NCBI GenBank assembly: GCA_965248195.1
Contig: CBDFIQ010000002.1
Coordinates: 3,136,001-3,200,000 of the forward strand
Length of the DNA stretch: 64,000 bases
Direction of reading: 5' to 3'
Origin: Longimicrobiales bacterium
GTDB lineage: Bacteria > Gemmatimonadota > Gemmatimonadetes > Longimicrobiales > Gaopeijiaceae
In this document: in pieces, positions 39,506-47,860 of the stretch
Layout: every line of letters starts with the position of its first letter
Numbering within the stretch: position 1 is the stretch's first letter
Notes under the pieces: model-generated
The model's database searches: none
The model's input: the letters and a program-made list of their open reading frames with translations, nothing else
What the model was told of the DNA's origin: nothing
Made by a program: the position numbers and the translations under genes

Positions 39506-40876
39506 TGTCCCTAGATTTGTGTAAAAGCGGATAAGCTGGACAGGAGGGAAAGAAAAACGGAAGCTCCTCTGTTGTTGTTCACTGTCACATGAACCCGGGA
39601 GTCCGGGTCTGCAGAGCAGGCTCGGAACCGGAGAGGAGCTTCCGATGCAAGAGATTGTGGAGATCGGTCGGGCCACGCAAGACGAGCTACGCGATGATTT
39701 GCGCGAGCTGTTTCAAGGCGCGATCCGGCTGACGCTCGAGATGGTGCTGGAAGAGGAGCTGAAGGCCATGGTAGGTGCACGCCGCTTCGAGCGGGTGGGA
39801 AGCCGGAAGGACCATAGGAACGGCACATACCTGAGGCGGCTGCTGACGAGCCTGGGGCAGATCGAGGTCGCCATGCCCCGGAGCCGGGACAACGGTTCGC
39901 CGGCCGACGTGATCGGCCGCTACCAGCGCAGGAGCCCCGAGCTCGACGAGATGATGGTCGAGGCGTATGTGAGCGGCGTGTCACAGCGCAAGATGGGCGA
40001 CGTCACCGAGGCGCTGATGGGCGAGCGTGTTGGGCGCTCGACGGTGAGTCGTGTGGCAAAACGGCTCGACGAGGCCGTGGAAGGGCTGCGCCGTGCGCCG
40101 ATCGAGGGGCCTCACCCCTATCTGTACCTGGACGCCACGTTCTTGGACGCCCGCTGGGCCCGCAAAGTCGAGAACGTGAGTGCGCTCGTGGCGTATGCAG
40201 TGGGCCCTGAGGGTCACCGACGGCTCCTGGCCGTCACGCTGGGCGCTGAGGAGTCGCAGCAGAGCTGGTCGGAGCTCCTCGAGCAACTCCAGGACCGCGG
40301 CCTCGGCGGTGTCGAGCTCGTGATCGCCGATGAGCACGCAGGCCTGGCAGCTGCGGTCCGCCGCTTCCTGCCCGAGGCACGCCGTCAGAGGTGTACGGTC
40401 CATCTGCAGCGTAATGTGGGGGCGAGGGTCCCCCACCGCCTACGCAAGCGCGTGGCGCGTGAGGTCTCGGTGATCTTCCAGACATCCGGACTCGCCGAGG
40501 CGAAGAAGCTCCTGGGCGAGTTCGGCGCACGCTGGAAGAAGGAGCTGCCCGAGGCCGTGGAGGTCCTGGAGCGGGGCTTCGGGGCAGCGACGCAGTTCTA
40601 CGCGTTCCCCGAGGCGCACTGGCCCCGGCTGCGTACCACCAACAGCCTCGAGCGGCTGCACGGCGAGATCAAACGCAGGATCAAGGCCGCCGGCGCCTTC
40701 CCGGACCGGGCCAGCGCCCTCAGGCTCATCACGGCCGTCGCACTCAGGACCACACACGTCTGGGGCGACCGGCGTTACCTCGACCTCTCACTCCTCCAGA
40801 AACAGGAGGTCGCCCAAGCAGCCTAGCCGAAGGCGAGGAGCTTCCTCCGCTTTTACACACAAATCGGGACTTGACC
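39501..40876 (+). mobile_element. IS256-family insertion sequence
   Basis: Imperfect terminal IRs ggtagtgtccctagatttgtgtaaaagcgga / tccgcttttacacacaaatcgggacttgacc; no target-site duplication. Confidence 0.88.
39645..40826 (+). CDS. IS256-family transposase
   Basis: RNG, GVSQRK, YLDAT, IADEHAGL, QRCTVH, TTNSLER. Confidence 0.93.
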   Translation: MQEIVEIGRATQDELRDDLRELFQGAIRLTLEMVLEEELKAMVGARRFERVGSRKDHRNGTYLRRLLTSLGQIEVAMPRSRDNGSPADVIGRYQRRSPELDEMMVEAYVSGVSQRKMGDVTEALMGERVGRSTVSRVAKRLDEAVEGLRRAPIEGPHPYLYLDATFLDARWARKVENVSALVAYAVGPEGHRRLLAVTLGAEESQQSWSELLEQLQDRGLGGVELVIADEHAGLAAAVRRFLPEARRQRCTVHLQRNVGARVPHRLRKRVAREVSVIFQTSGLAEAKKLLGEFGARWKKELPEAVEVLERGFGAATQFYAFPEAHWPRLRTTNSLERLHGEIKRRIKAAGAFPDRASALRLITAVALRTTHVWGDRRYLDLSLLQKQEVAQAA

Positions 40877-40959
40877 AGTCGTAAGGCGCGACGGCCTCGA
40901 GACTACGCCGCCGAGAAAGGGGATCGAGAGGGAGTTGGATGGAGCGTAAGCGTGATTCC

Positions 40960-41060
40960 GCCTAACAAGCGATTGTTGCAGTCGCGGTAGCCATCAAGCT
41001 CGCGCGCTACGCTCGCGGTCAGCACATTGTGGGCGTATGAGAATCGCAGAGACGGTATGT
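40960..41060 (+). other. attC-like integron recombination site (R' box degenerate)
   Basis: GCCTAAC...GGTATGT; gcgatt/aatcgc arms. Confidence 0.6.
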
Positions 41061-41122
41061 GACTAGACTGTTCGAGATCGTTTGCACACCCGCCCCAACC
41101 CATCCGGAATGTCCCTGAGCAA

Positions 41123-41506
41123 ATGCCAAGAATCCTAGAGGGCGGCGACATCTGCACCATCATCGTGACGGTCGATGCTGCTCCGGAACTCTTGTCGGTC
41201 CTCTCGGCACATGCTCGTCTCGGAATCGAGCAGTTCAACAAGTTTCCGGGGTTCTTGGGCGGCGCTCTGCATGTTAGCGAAGACCAGGGTAGGATGGTCC
41301 AATATTTACAGTGGGCCTCTGAATCGGAGTATCAGGCTTGCATCGACGACCCGAGTTGGGACGAACTGGCCTCGACCAAGACGTTCATGGAGGCGGTCGA
41401 TTCTGGCGAAGCTCATTTGGACGCGCGCATCTTCCACGTCGAAACGGTATCTGAAGGGTCGAGAGAGCCCGCGAATGGGAGTGATCCCGCCACACAACAC
41501 CATTAA
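41123..41506 (+). CDS. Antibiotic biosynthesis monooxygenase (ABM) family protein, cassette-like
   Basis: PGFLGGALHVSED, VQYLQWAS; lies between an attC-like site and CACACAAC. Confidence 0.72.
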   Translation: MPRILEGGDICTIIVTVDAAPELLSVLSAHARLGIEQFNKFPGFLGGALHVSEDQGRMVQYLQWASESEYQACIDDPSWDELASTKTFMEAVDSGEAHLDARIFHVETVSEGSREPANGSDPATQHH

Positions 41507-41644
41507 GAAGGACCGGATCAAGAGGACGCAGTGATCCTGGAGCGGCGGGCACACCTTGTCGTTAACGCCCCTCTAAGCCATGAGGACGCTACATCCTAAC
41601 CCGGATACCGAATAAAACCCGCAAACGCTCAGAACGCGAATACA

Positions 41645-41699
41645 GGCGTCTGACGGGCTCCTGCTTGCGCCCACCACCCCACTCTCGGATGTTGACCTC
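41645..41699 (+). promoter_or_regulatory. Dispersed ~50-bp repeat copy 3, promoter-like, upstream of kinase fragment
   Basis: TTGCGC (41665) - 17 nt - GATGTT, about 28 nt before ATG 41722. Confidence 0.62.
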
Positions 41700-41721
41700 G
41701 GTCTGATCCCGGAGTGCGCCC

Positions 41722-41955
41722 ATGTCCGATCCAGCCATCCGCCTCAACGTCGCCCTGAAAGGCCGCTACGCCATCGAGCGTGAGCTAGGCGAGGGCGGCA
41801 TGGCGACGGTCTACTTGGCCGACGACCTCAAGCACGAGCGCAAGGTCGCGCTGAAGGTGCTCAAGCCCGAACTCGCCGCCGTGGTGGGTGCCGAACGGTT
41901 CCTGGCCGAGATCAAGACTGACCGGCGTGTGTCCTCTCAAGAGTGGGGAATCTAA
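41722..41955 (+). pseudogene. Truncated Ser/Thr protein kinase (subdomains I-III only)
   Basis: [27 protein letters not shown], then unrelated sequence and stop. Confidence 0.88.
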
Positions 41956-41956
41956 G

Positions 41957-43108
41957 ATGCGAGTTCTTCCGGTCCTCGCCACCGCTTTGGCGGTCACCGC
42001 ACTCGGTTGCCAATTCACCGAGGGCGACTCGAACGCGCAGCGGGGCGAGAACATCCCCCGGTTCGAGGTCGACCCCCTTTGGCCGAATCAGCTCCCCAAT
42101 CAGTGGATCATCGGCGCGGTCGCGGGCGTGGCGGTCGACTCGCGTGACCACGTGTGGATCGTCCACCGCCCTTCGACGCTGCAGCCGAATGAGCTCAGGT
42201 CCGAGTGGGTCGCGGCCCCACCGGTGCTCGAATTCGATCCGACAGGAAACGTGGTCGCCGCGTGGGGCGGTACAGGGCCGCAATACGAGTGGCCCGAGCT
42301 CGAGCACGGCATCTACGTCGATGCCCGCGACAACGTATGGCTAGGCGGAGGTGGCGAGAGCGACGCACAGGTCCTGAAGTTCTCCAAGCAGGGTGAATTC
42401 CTTATGCAGATCGGGCGTCAAGGGGAAAACGGTGGCAGTAACGAGACGGCCAACCTCGGCGGTGCCGCGAACATGGTCGTCGACGAAGAGGCCGGTGAGC
42501 TGTACGTAGCCGACGGATACGTGAACCATCGCGTAATCGTATTCGACGCTGAGACGGGAGCCTACAAGCGGCACTGGGGGGCGTACGGGGGCCGGCCTGA
42601 CGACGGATACTTCGAGCGGTTGGGCGAGGATCTCCCGCCCCCCTTCAGCGGCGCCGTCCAGCACGAGAACGCGCCGAGCCAGTACGACCCGGACGGTCCG
42701 CCGCCGCCCCAGTTCCGGATCGTGCACGCCGTGCGCATCGCGAACGACGGTCTCGTGTACGTCGCCGACCGGACAAACGACCGCCTCCAGGTCTTCCGCA
42801 AAGACGGCACATTCGTCGATGAGGTCTTCGTCGCCAAGAACACACTCGGCAGTGGCTCGGCTTGGGACGTCGGCTTTTCGGTCGATCCGGGGCAGACCTA
42901 CCTGTTCGTTCCCGACGGGACCAACCAGCGGATTCGAATTCTGCTCAGAGAGTCACTCGAGGTCGTCAGCACGTTCGGCGCCGCGGGCCGCTGGGCCGGG
43001 CAGTTCTACGGAGCGCACAACCTTGCCGTCGACTCCGAGGGTAGCCTGTTCATCGGGGAGACCTACGAAGGGAAACGGGTTCAGAAGTTCGTGGACGTGA
43101 CACGGTAG
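41957..43108 (+). CDS. NHL-repeat (PAL-like) lipoprotein, paralog of 27823-28926
   Basis: Lipobox ALGC; EHGI, ADGYVNHRV, DRTNDRLQ, AHNL. Confidence 0.82.
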   Translation: MRVLPVLATALAVTALGCQFTEGDSNAQRGENIPRFEVDPLWPNQLPNQWIIGAVAGVAVDSRDHVWIVHRPSTLQPNELRSEWVAAPPVLEFDPTGNVVAAWGGTGPQYEWPELEHGIYVDARDNVWLGGGGESDAQVLKFSKQGEFLMQIGRQGENGGSNETANLGGAANMVVDEEAGELYVADGYVNHRVIVFDAETGAYKRHWGAYGGRPDDGYFERLGEDLPPPFSGAVQHENAPSQYDPDGPPPPQFRIVHAVRIANDGLVYVADRTNDRLQVFRKDGTFVDEVFVAKNTLGSGSAWDVGFSVDPGQTYLFVPDGTNQRIRILLRESLEVVSTFGAAGRWAGQFYGAHNLAVDSEGSLFIGETYEGKRVQKFVDVTR

Positions 43109-43115
43109 TCGTGCG

Positions 43116-43232
43116 TTGATCCGCCAGATCCCCTGGCTTCGCGTCTTCGTGGAAGGCGTGGTCATCGTCGCGTTGGGGCTGTCGTTGGTGTTGCTCTGGA
43201 GGCGCATGGCGAGGCGCGCTGTCCGCCCGTAG
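43116..43232 (+). CDS. 38-aa single-TM peptide or gene fragment (MIRQIPWLRVFVEGVVIVALGLSLVLLWRRMARRAVRP)
   Basis: Read manually from TTG 43116 to TAG 43232; one hydrophobic helix with a basic tail. Confidence 0.35.
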   Translation: MIRQIPWLRVFVEGVVIVALGLSLVLLWRRMARRAVRP

Positions 43233-43286
43233 CTTAGACGTGGGTGGCTACGGGCGGGCCGCCTGGAGTCGTGCCGAGGAGGCTGC

Positions 43287-44468
43287 ATGAAACGCAAGCC
43301 GCTGCTCGTACCTTTCTTTCTAAGTCTGCTGCCGTGTGCGCTGTCAGGTCAGATTGGCGCGAGACTATACCAGGAAGCCTGTGACGCCGGAGACCTGACA
43401 ACCTGCACCGTCCTTGGCCTCATGTACCAAACGGGCCAAGGTGTCGCTGCCGACCCGGCACGTGCCGCCACGCTCTACCAGCGAGCCTGCGACGGCGGAG
43501 AGATGGAGGGCTGCGCCAACCTCGGGCTCATGTATTTCAACGGAGCAGGGGTCACTCAGGACCTCGCACGTGCCGTCAGCCTCTTCCAGCAAGGCTGCGA
43601 CGGCGGAGTGATGAGGGACTGCGCCAACCTCGGGGCCATGTATGCGACTGGCGATGGTGTCACTCAGGACATCGCACGTGCCCTCGGCCTTTACCGGCAA
43701 GCCTGCGACGGCGGGGATATGATGGGCTGCGCCAACCTCGGGCTCATGTATGAGACTGGTGATAGCGTCACGCAGGACCCAGCCCGCGCCGTCAGCCTCT
43801 ACGAGCAAGACTGCGACGGCGGAATCATGCAGGGCTGCAACAACCTCGGGGCCATGTATCGGGATGGCGCAGGGGTCAGCCAGGACCTCGCCCACGCCGC
43901 CAGCTTCTTCCAGCAAGCCTGCGATGGCGGATATCTGCGGGGCTGCACCAACCTCGGGTTCATGTATGCCACTGGCGATGGCGTCACCCAGGACCTAGCG
44001 CGTGCCCTCAGCCTCTTGAACCAAGCCTGTGACGGCGGAGGGATGATGGGCTGCACCAACCTCGGGTTCGCGTACGAGACGGGCCAGGGCGTGACTCAGG
44101 ACCTCACCCGAGCGGCGAGCCTCTACCAGCAAGCCTGCGACGGCGCAATAGTGCAGAGCTGCCACCGCCTCGGGGTCATGTACGTGAATGGCGCAGGCGT
44201 CACTCAGGACTTCCCCCGCGCCGTGGCCCTCTATCAGCAAGCCTGCGACGGCGGGTTAGTGGAGGCGTGCCAAGAGGGAGTTCCACAAGACCTCGCACCC
44301 GCCGCCAGCCTCTACCTGCAAGCCTGTGACGGCGGAGAGATGCAGGGCTGTTTCGACCTTGCTGAGAGCTACCGAACGGGAGACGGAGCTCCACAGAATC
44401 TCGCCCGCGCCGTCATCCTCTACCAACGAGCTTGCGCGGGCGGATTCAAAGTAGTCGGCTACTGTTGA
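43287..44468 (+). CDS. Sel1-like repeat, cysteine-rich (Hcp-type) exported protein
   Basis: About 10 36-aa repeats ACDGG...GCxNLGxMY..GxGVTQD; signal peptide. Confidence 0.92.
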   Translation: MKRKPLLVPFFLSLLPCALSGQIGARLYQEACDAGDLTTCTVLGLMYQTGQGVAADPARAATLYQRACDGGEMEGCANLGLMYFNGAGVTQDLARAVSLFQQGCDGGVMRDCANLGAMYATGDGVTQDIARALGLYRQACDGGDMMGCANLGLMYETGDSVTQDPARAVSLYEQDCDGGIMQGCNNLGAMYRDGAGVSQDLAHAASFFQQACDGGYLRGCTNLGFMYATGDGVTQDLARALSLLNQACDGGGMMGCTNLGFAYETGQGVTQDLTRAASLYQQACDGAIVQSCHRLGVMYVNGAGVTQDFPRAVALYQQACDGGLVEACQEGVPQDLAPAASLYLQACDGGEMQGCFDLAESYRTGDGAPQNLARAVILYQRACAGGFKVVGYC

Positions 44469-44492
44469 TCAAACAGCGAGGATTCTAAGAGG

Positions 44493-44527
44493 CGGCCACC
44501 CCCATCGTTCGGAGGTGGCCGTTTTGT
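44493..44527 (+). terminator. Rho-independent terminator
   Basis: cggccaccccc-atcgttc-ggaggtggccg followed by ttttgt, 25 nt after the stop. Confidence 0.7.
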
Positions 44528-44637
44528 CGTTCGCTTGCGGGAGGCGAAGCCGAATTGAGATGAAGACCTGGAACCCCGCCCAGCATTGTCGTGTTGCTCG
44601 GAAGGGAGTGACGACGGTCCGGGTATAGGAACACGCG

Positions 44638-45057
44638 ATGCTGTCCAATACGAATCACCGTAGATCCACTCTGGCGCTGGAGTTGGTGGCACTCCTCCTT
44701 CTGGTGGCCTGCTCGGACCCCTTTCAGGTCTCCGACTCGCTGGGCGAGTGGGGAGGGGAGGGGGTGGCGGCCATGATCGAGACCGGCTCCGCTAGCTTCG
44801 AGTTCGACTGCGCTCACGCTTCGATTCCCGGAGGACTCTCCTTCCACGAGGATGGATCGTTCGAGGTCTCGGGGATCTGGGTGCCCGAGGGTGGACCGCT
44901 CAGCAACGATCCTCGGGACGAGCTTGAGGCCATCTTCCGCGGGAGGATCGGTGGTGCGTCGATGAGCCTGGAAGTGGACATCATCCCGAGAGACGTGACG
45001 GCGGGTCCGTACCAGCTTCGGCGCGGTCAGAGCCCCATCTTACGCAAGTGCCTCTGA
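44638..45057 (+). CDS. Hypothetical lipoprotein
   Basis: Lipobox LVAC; GEWGGE, EFDCAH, C-terminal KCL. Confidence 0.65.
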   Translation: MLSNTNHRRSTLALELVALLLLVACSDPFQVSDSLGEWGGEGVAAMIETGSASFEFDCAHASIPGGLSFHEDGSFEVSGIWVPEGGPLSNDPRDELEAIFRGRIGGASMSLEVDIIPRDVTAGPYQLRRGQSPILRKCL

Positions 45058-45313
45058 GTTCGAGGTCGAGACAGACAAGCCTGGGGAGCCGCCGTTTTCG
45101 TTCTGGAGTGAGACTGATTCCTATCCTTTCTTCTACTGGGGCGGGTGGGTGCGGACCGACGACCCCCTTCTTCCTAGTCAGGACCGCTCCCCTTTTGTAT
45201 CCTTGTGTCCCGGCAAATGTGCCGATTCGGGCGCGATCCCGAGAGGGAGCGACCGGTCCACACGGGGATCTGAGCCCTTTCCCTGATGTACGCGAGCCAA
45301 GAACACGCCCAAG

Positions 45314-46264
45314 ATGCCTGATAGGTCGTTTCCACCTGATGAATGGGCACTGATTCTCGGTGGGTCGAGCGGGTTCGGACTGGCTAGCGCTCATAAGCTC
45401 TCCGAGCACGGACTCGACATCTGTGTGGTCCATCGGGACCGACGAGGCGCAATGAGCCGTATCGAGCCGGAGTTCGATCGTATCCGGGATCGGGGCGTAT
45501 CCCTCGTGACGTTCAACAAGGACGCGCTGAACGTCGAAGTGCGTTCGGAGATCCTGGACGGGTTGGCGGAGGCATTGGGCGCGGGAGGGAAGGTCCGCGT
45601 GGTTCTTCATTCCATCGCCTTCGGAAACCTCAAGCTGATCGGACCCGAGGCGCCCGTGGACGACACCGCCCGGCAGCGGCTCGCCGAGGCACTGGGCATC
45701 GATGCGGCTGCGTTGGGCGAGGCCGCGGACCAACTCTTCGCCGAGGGCTGTGACGGGGTTCAGGGCCTGACCACAGCCCCCGAGTATTCGGCTGTCTCGT
45801 TCCTGGACGAGGGGGACCTGGCCAGGACGATCCACTCGATGGGGACCAGCCTTCTCGGTTGGACTCAGGCGCTCCGGGAGCGAGCTCTGTTCGCGTCCGA
45901 CGCGAGGGTTCTGGGCCTGACCAGCGAAGGAAATGCGGTTGCGTGGAAGGGGTACGCCGGCGTTGCGGCGGCCAAGGTCGCGCTCGAGTCGGTATCGCGT
46001 GCGATCGCCGTCGAGATGGCCCCCTTCGGCATTCGGTCGAACATCGTGCAGGCGGGGGTCACCGACACGCCCGCCTTGCGCGTGATCCCTGGGAGTGACC
46101 ATCTCAAGGCCCAGGCGCGCATACGGAACCCGTTTGGACGCCTCACCACGCCGGAGGACGTCGCGGACGCCATCTACCTGCTGTCCCTTCCCGAGTCGGC
46201 GTGGATCAACGGAGCGGTCATCCGAGTGGATGGAGGAGAACGCATCTCCGGAGCGTCCCGGTGA
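45314..46264 (+). CDS. SDR-family enoyl-ACP reductase (FabL/FabI-like)
   Basis: LILGGSSGFG, HSIA, TSEG, YAGVAAAK (Yx6K), GVTDTPAL. Confidence 0.8.
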   Translation: MPDRSFPPDEWALILGGSSGFGLASAHKLSEHGLDICVVHRDRRGAMSRIEPEFDRIRDRGVSLVTFNKDALNVEVRSEILDGLAEALGAGGKVRVVLHSIAFGNLKLIGPEAPVDDTARQRLAEALGIDAAALGEAADQLFAEGCDGVQGLTTAPEYSAVSFLDEGDLARTIHSMGTSLLGWTQALRERALFASDARVLGLTSEGNAVAWKGYAGVAAAKVALESVSRAIAVEMAPFGIRSNIVQAGVTDTPALRVIPGSDHLKAQARIRNPFGRLTTPEDVADAIYLLSLPESAWINGAVIRVDGGERISGASR

Positions 46265-47256
46265 CCCTCTACCTGCACGGCCTCGGCCACTTCCATCCCG
46301 AGAACGAGATCACGAATCGGTTTCTCGAGGAGTTGGACATCGGCACGGACGAACAGTGGATCATGGAGCGTGTCGGTATCCGTAGCCGCCGCACCGTGCT
46401 CTCTCTCGACTACATCCGCGACACCCGAAATCGGGATCCAAGCCAGGCCATGGAGGCTGCTTTGTACACGCACGCGGATACGGGCGTGCTCGCCACCGAG
46501 ATGGCCCTGGAGCGGGCGGGCATCGCCAAGGACGCGATCGGGATGGTGATCGCCGGGTCCAGCCGACCAGGACTTTCGTCGCCCGCCGACGCATGTCACA
46601 TCGCTGCTGCCCTCGGTGTGGAGGCGCCGGCCCTCGACATCAATTCGGCTTGTACCAGCATGTGGGTCGCGCTGTACATGCTCTCAAACATGCGCTCGGA
46701 AAGCCTGCCGGACTACATACTCGTCGTGGCTCCGGAAAGCCTCACGACCACGGTGGATTACGAGGACCGCTCCGCCTCGGTGTTGTGGGGCGACTGCACG
46801 GCGGCGGCAATCGTTTCCACCCGCGTGCCGTCCCGCATTCAGATACTCGATAACACCGTCGAGTCCAACCCAGCGGGCTACGAAAAGGTGATGGTGCCTC
46901 TCTTCGGGCACTTCGACCAAGAGGGACGCACTGTGCAGATGTTCGCCATCAAGAAGACCGTGCGATGCCTCCGGAAGATCCAGAAGACCTTCCCGTCTCC
47001 CGGACGGAGGCTGAACTTCGTGGGGCATCAGGCGAACCTTCGCATGCTGGAATCCGTCTGCCAGCAATGTGACATCGATGACGAACGTCACCACACCAAC
47101 GTGGTCGAATACGGAAACGGGGGCGCCGCCGGCGCGCCTTCGGTGCTGTCGATGGACTGGGACCGCTGGACGGATCAGGACGACGTGGCCGTTATTGGCG
47201 TCGGTTCGGGACTGACGTGGGCGAGTTATGTTCTCCGCTTTGGAGAACAGCCGTGA
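46261..47256 (+). CDS. Ketoacyl-ACP synthase III (FabH-like)
   Basis: ERVGIRSRR, SACTS, HQAN, YGN, GSGLTW. Confidence 0.85.
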   Translation: MTLYLHGLGHFHPENEITNRFLEELDIGTDEQWIMERVGIRSRRTVLSLDYIRDTRNRDPSQAMEAALYTHADTGVLATEMALERAGIAKDAIGMVIAGSSRPGLSSPADACHIAAALGVEAPALDINSACTSMWVALYMLSNMRSESLPDYILVVAPESLTTTVDYEDRSASVLWGDCTAAAIVSTRVPSRIQILDNTVESNPAGYEKVMVPLFGHFDQEGRTVQMFAIKKTVRCLRKIQKTFPSPGRRLNFVGHQANLRMLESVCQQCDIDDERHHTNVVEYGNGGAAGAPSVLSMDWDRWTDQDDVAVIGVGSGLTWASYVLRFGEQP

Positions 47257-47269
47257 CGGGAGGTCAGCC

Positions 47270-47860
47270 GTGACGTACGAGGAGTTTCAGGCGCGTTCGC
47301 ACTTCTCCGAAGAGGAGGTCCTGGCGATCGCCCACGGGCGCCTCATCGATGATGCCCCGCCCGGGTGTAAGGCCCGCCTGCCTCTGCCTCCGATGTTGAT
47401 GGTCGATCGCATCGAACACGTCTCCCGCAAGGGGAACCGGGGACGGATGATCGCGGAGCGTGACGTGCGGCTCGATGACTGGTTCTTCCAGTGCCATTTC
47501 TTGGGGGATCCGGTTCAGCCGGGTTGCCTCGGCGTGGATGGCGTGTGGCAGCTGCTTGGACTGTACTGCTCCTGGAACGGGGCCTTGGGCAGCGGACGTG
47601 CTTTGGGTTGTGCGGAGGTCGAATTCTCAGGCCAGATCCGGCCGCACGATAGGGTCGTACGATACGAGATCGACATCGTTCGGTACCAGGACCTACCAAA
47701 ATCCGGTTCGGCGATTACGATCGGAGATGCACAGGTTCTCGTGGATGGTGAGGTGATCTACGACATCAAGCGTGCCAAGGTCGGCGTATTTCGGGACATC
47801 GACTACGCGGATTATCCGTGGCCCAGCGAGAATTCGCGCGGTGGAAGGATGGGAGAGTGA
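47270..47860 (+). CDS. fabA: 3-hydroxyacyl-ACP dehydratase/isomerase FabA
   Basis: LPLPPMLMVDRI, WFFQCHFLGDPVQPGCLGVDG (His/Asp), GRALG. Confidence 0.85.
   Translation: MTYEEFQARSHFSEEEVLAIAHGRLIDDAPPGCKARLPLPPMLMVDRIEHVSRKGNRGRMIAERDVRLDDWFFQCHFLGDPVQPGCLGVDGVWQLLGLYCSWNGALGSGRALGCAEVEFSGQIRPHDRVVRYEIDIVRYQDLPKSGSAITIGDAQVLVDGEVIYDIKRAKVGVFRDIDYADYPWPSENSRGGRMGE

Noticed and set aside
37900..41700. Complete integron
   Set aside because: No tyrosine recombinase/intI gene in the window; only two degenerate attC-like sites
43360..44440. Regular 108-bp repeats as CRISPR or DGR
   Set aside because: In-frame Sel1 protein repeats with no unique spacers, no cas and no reverse transcriptase
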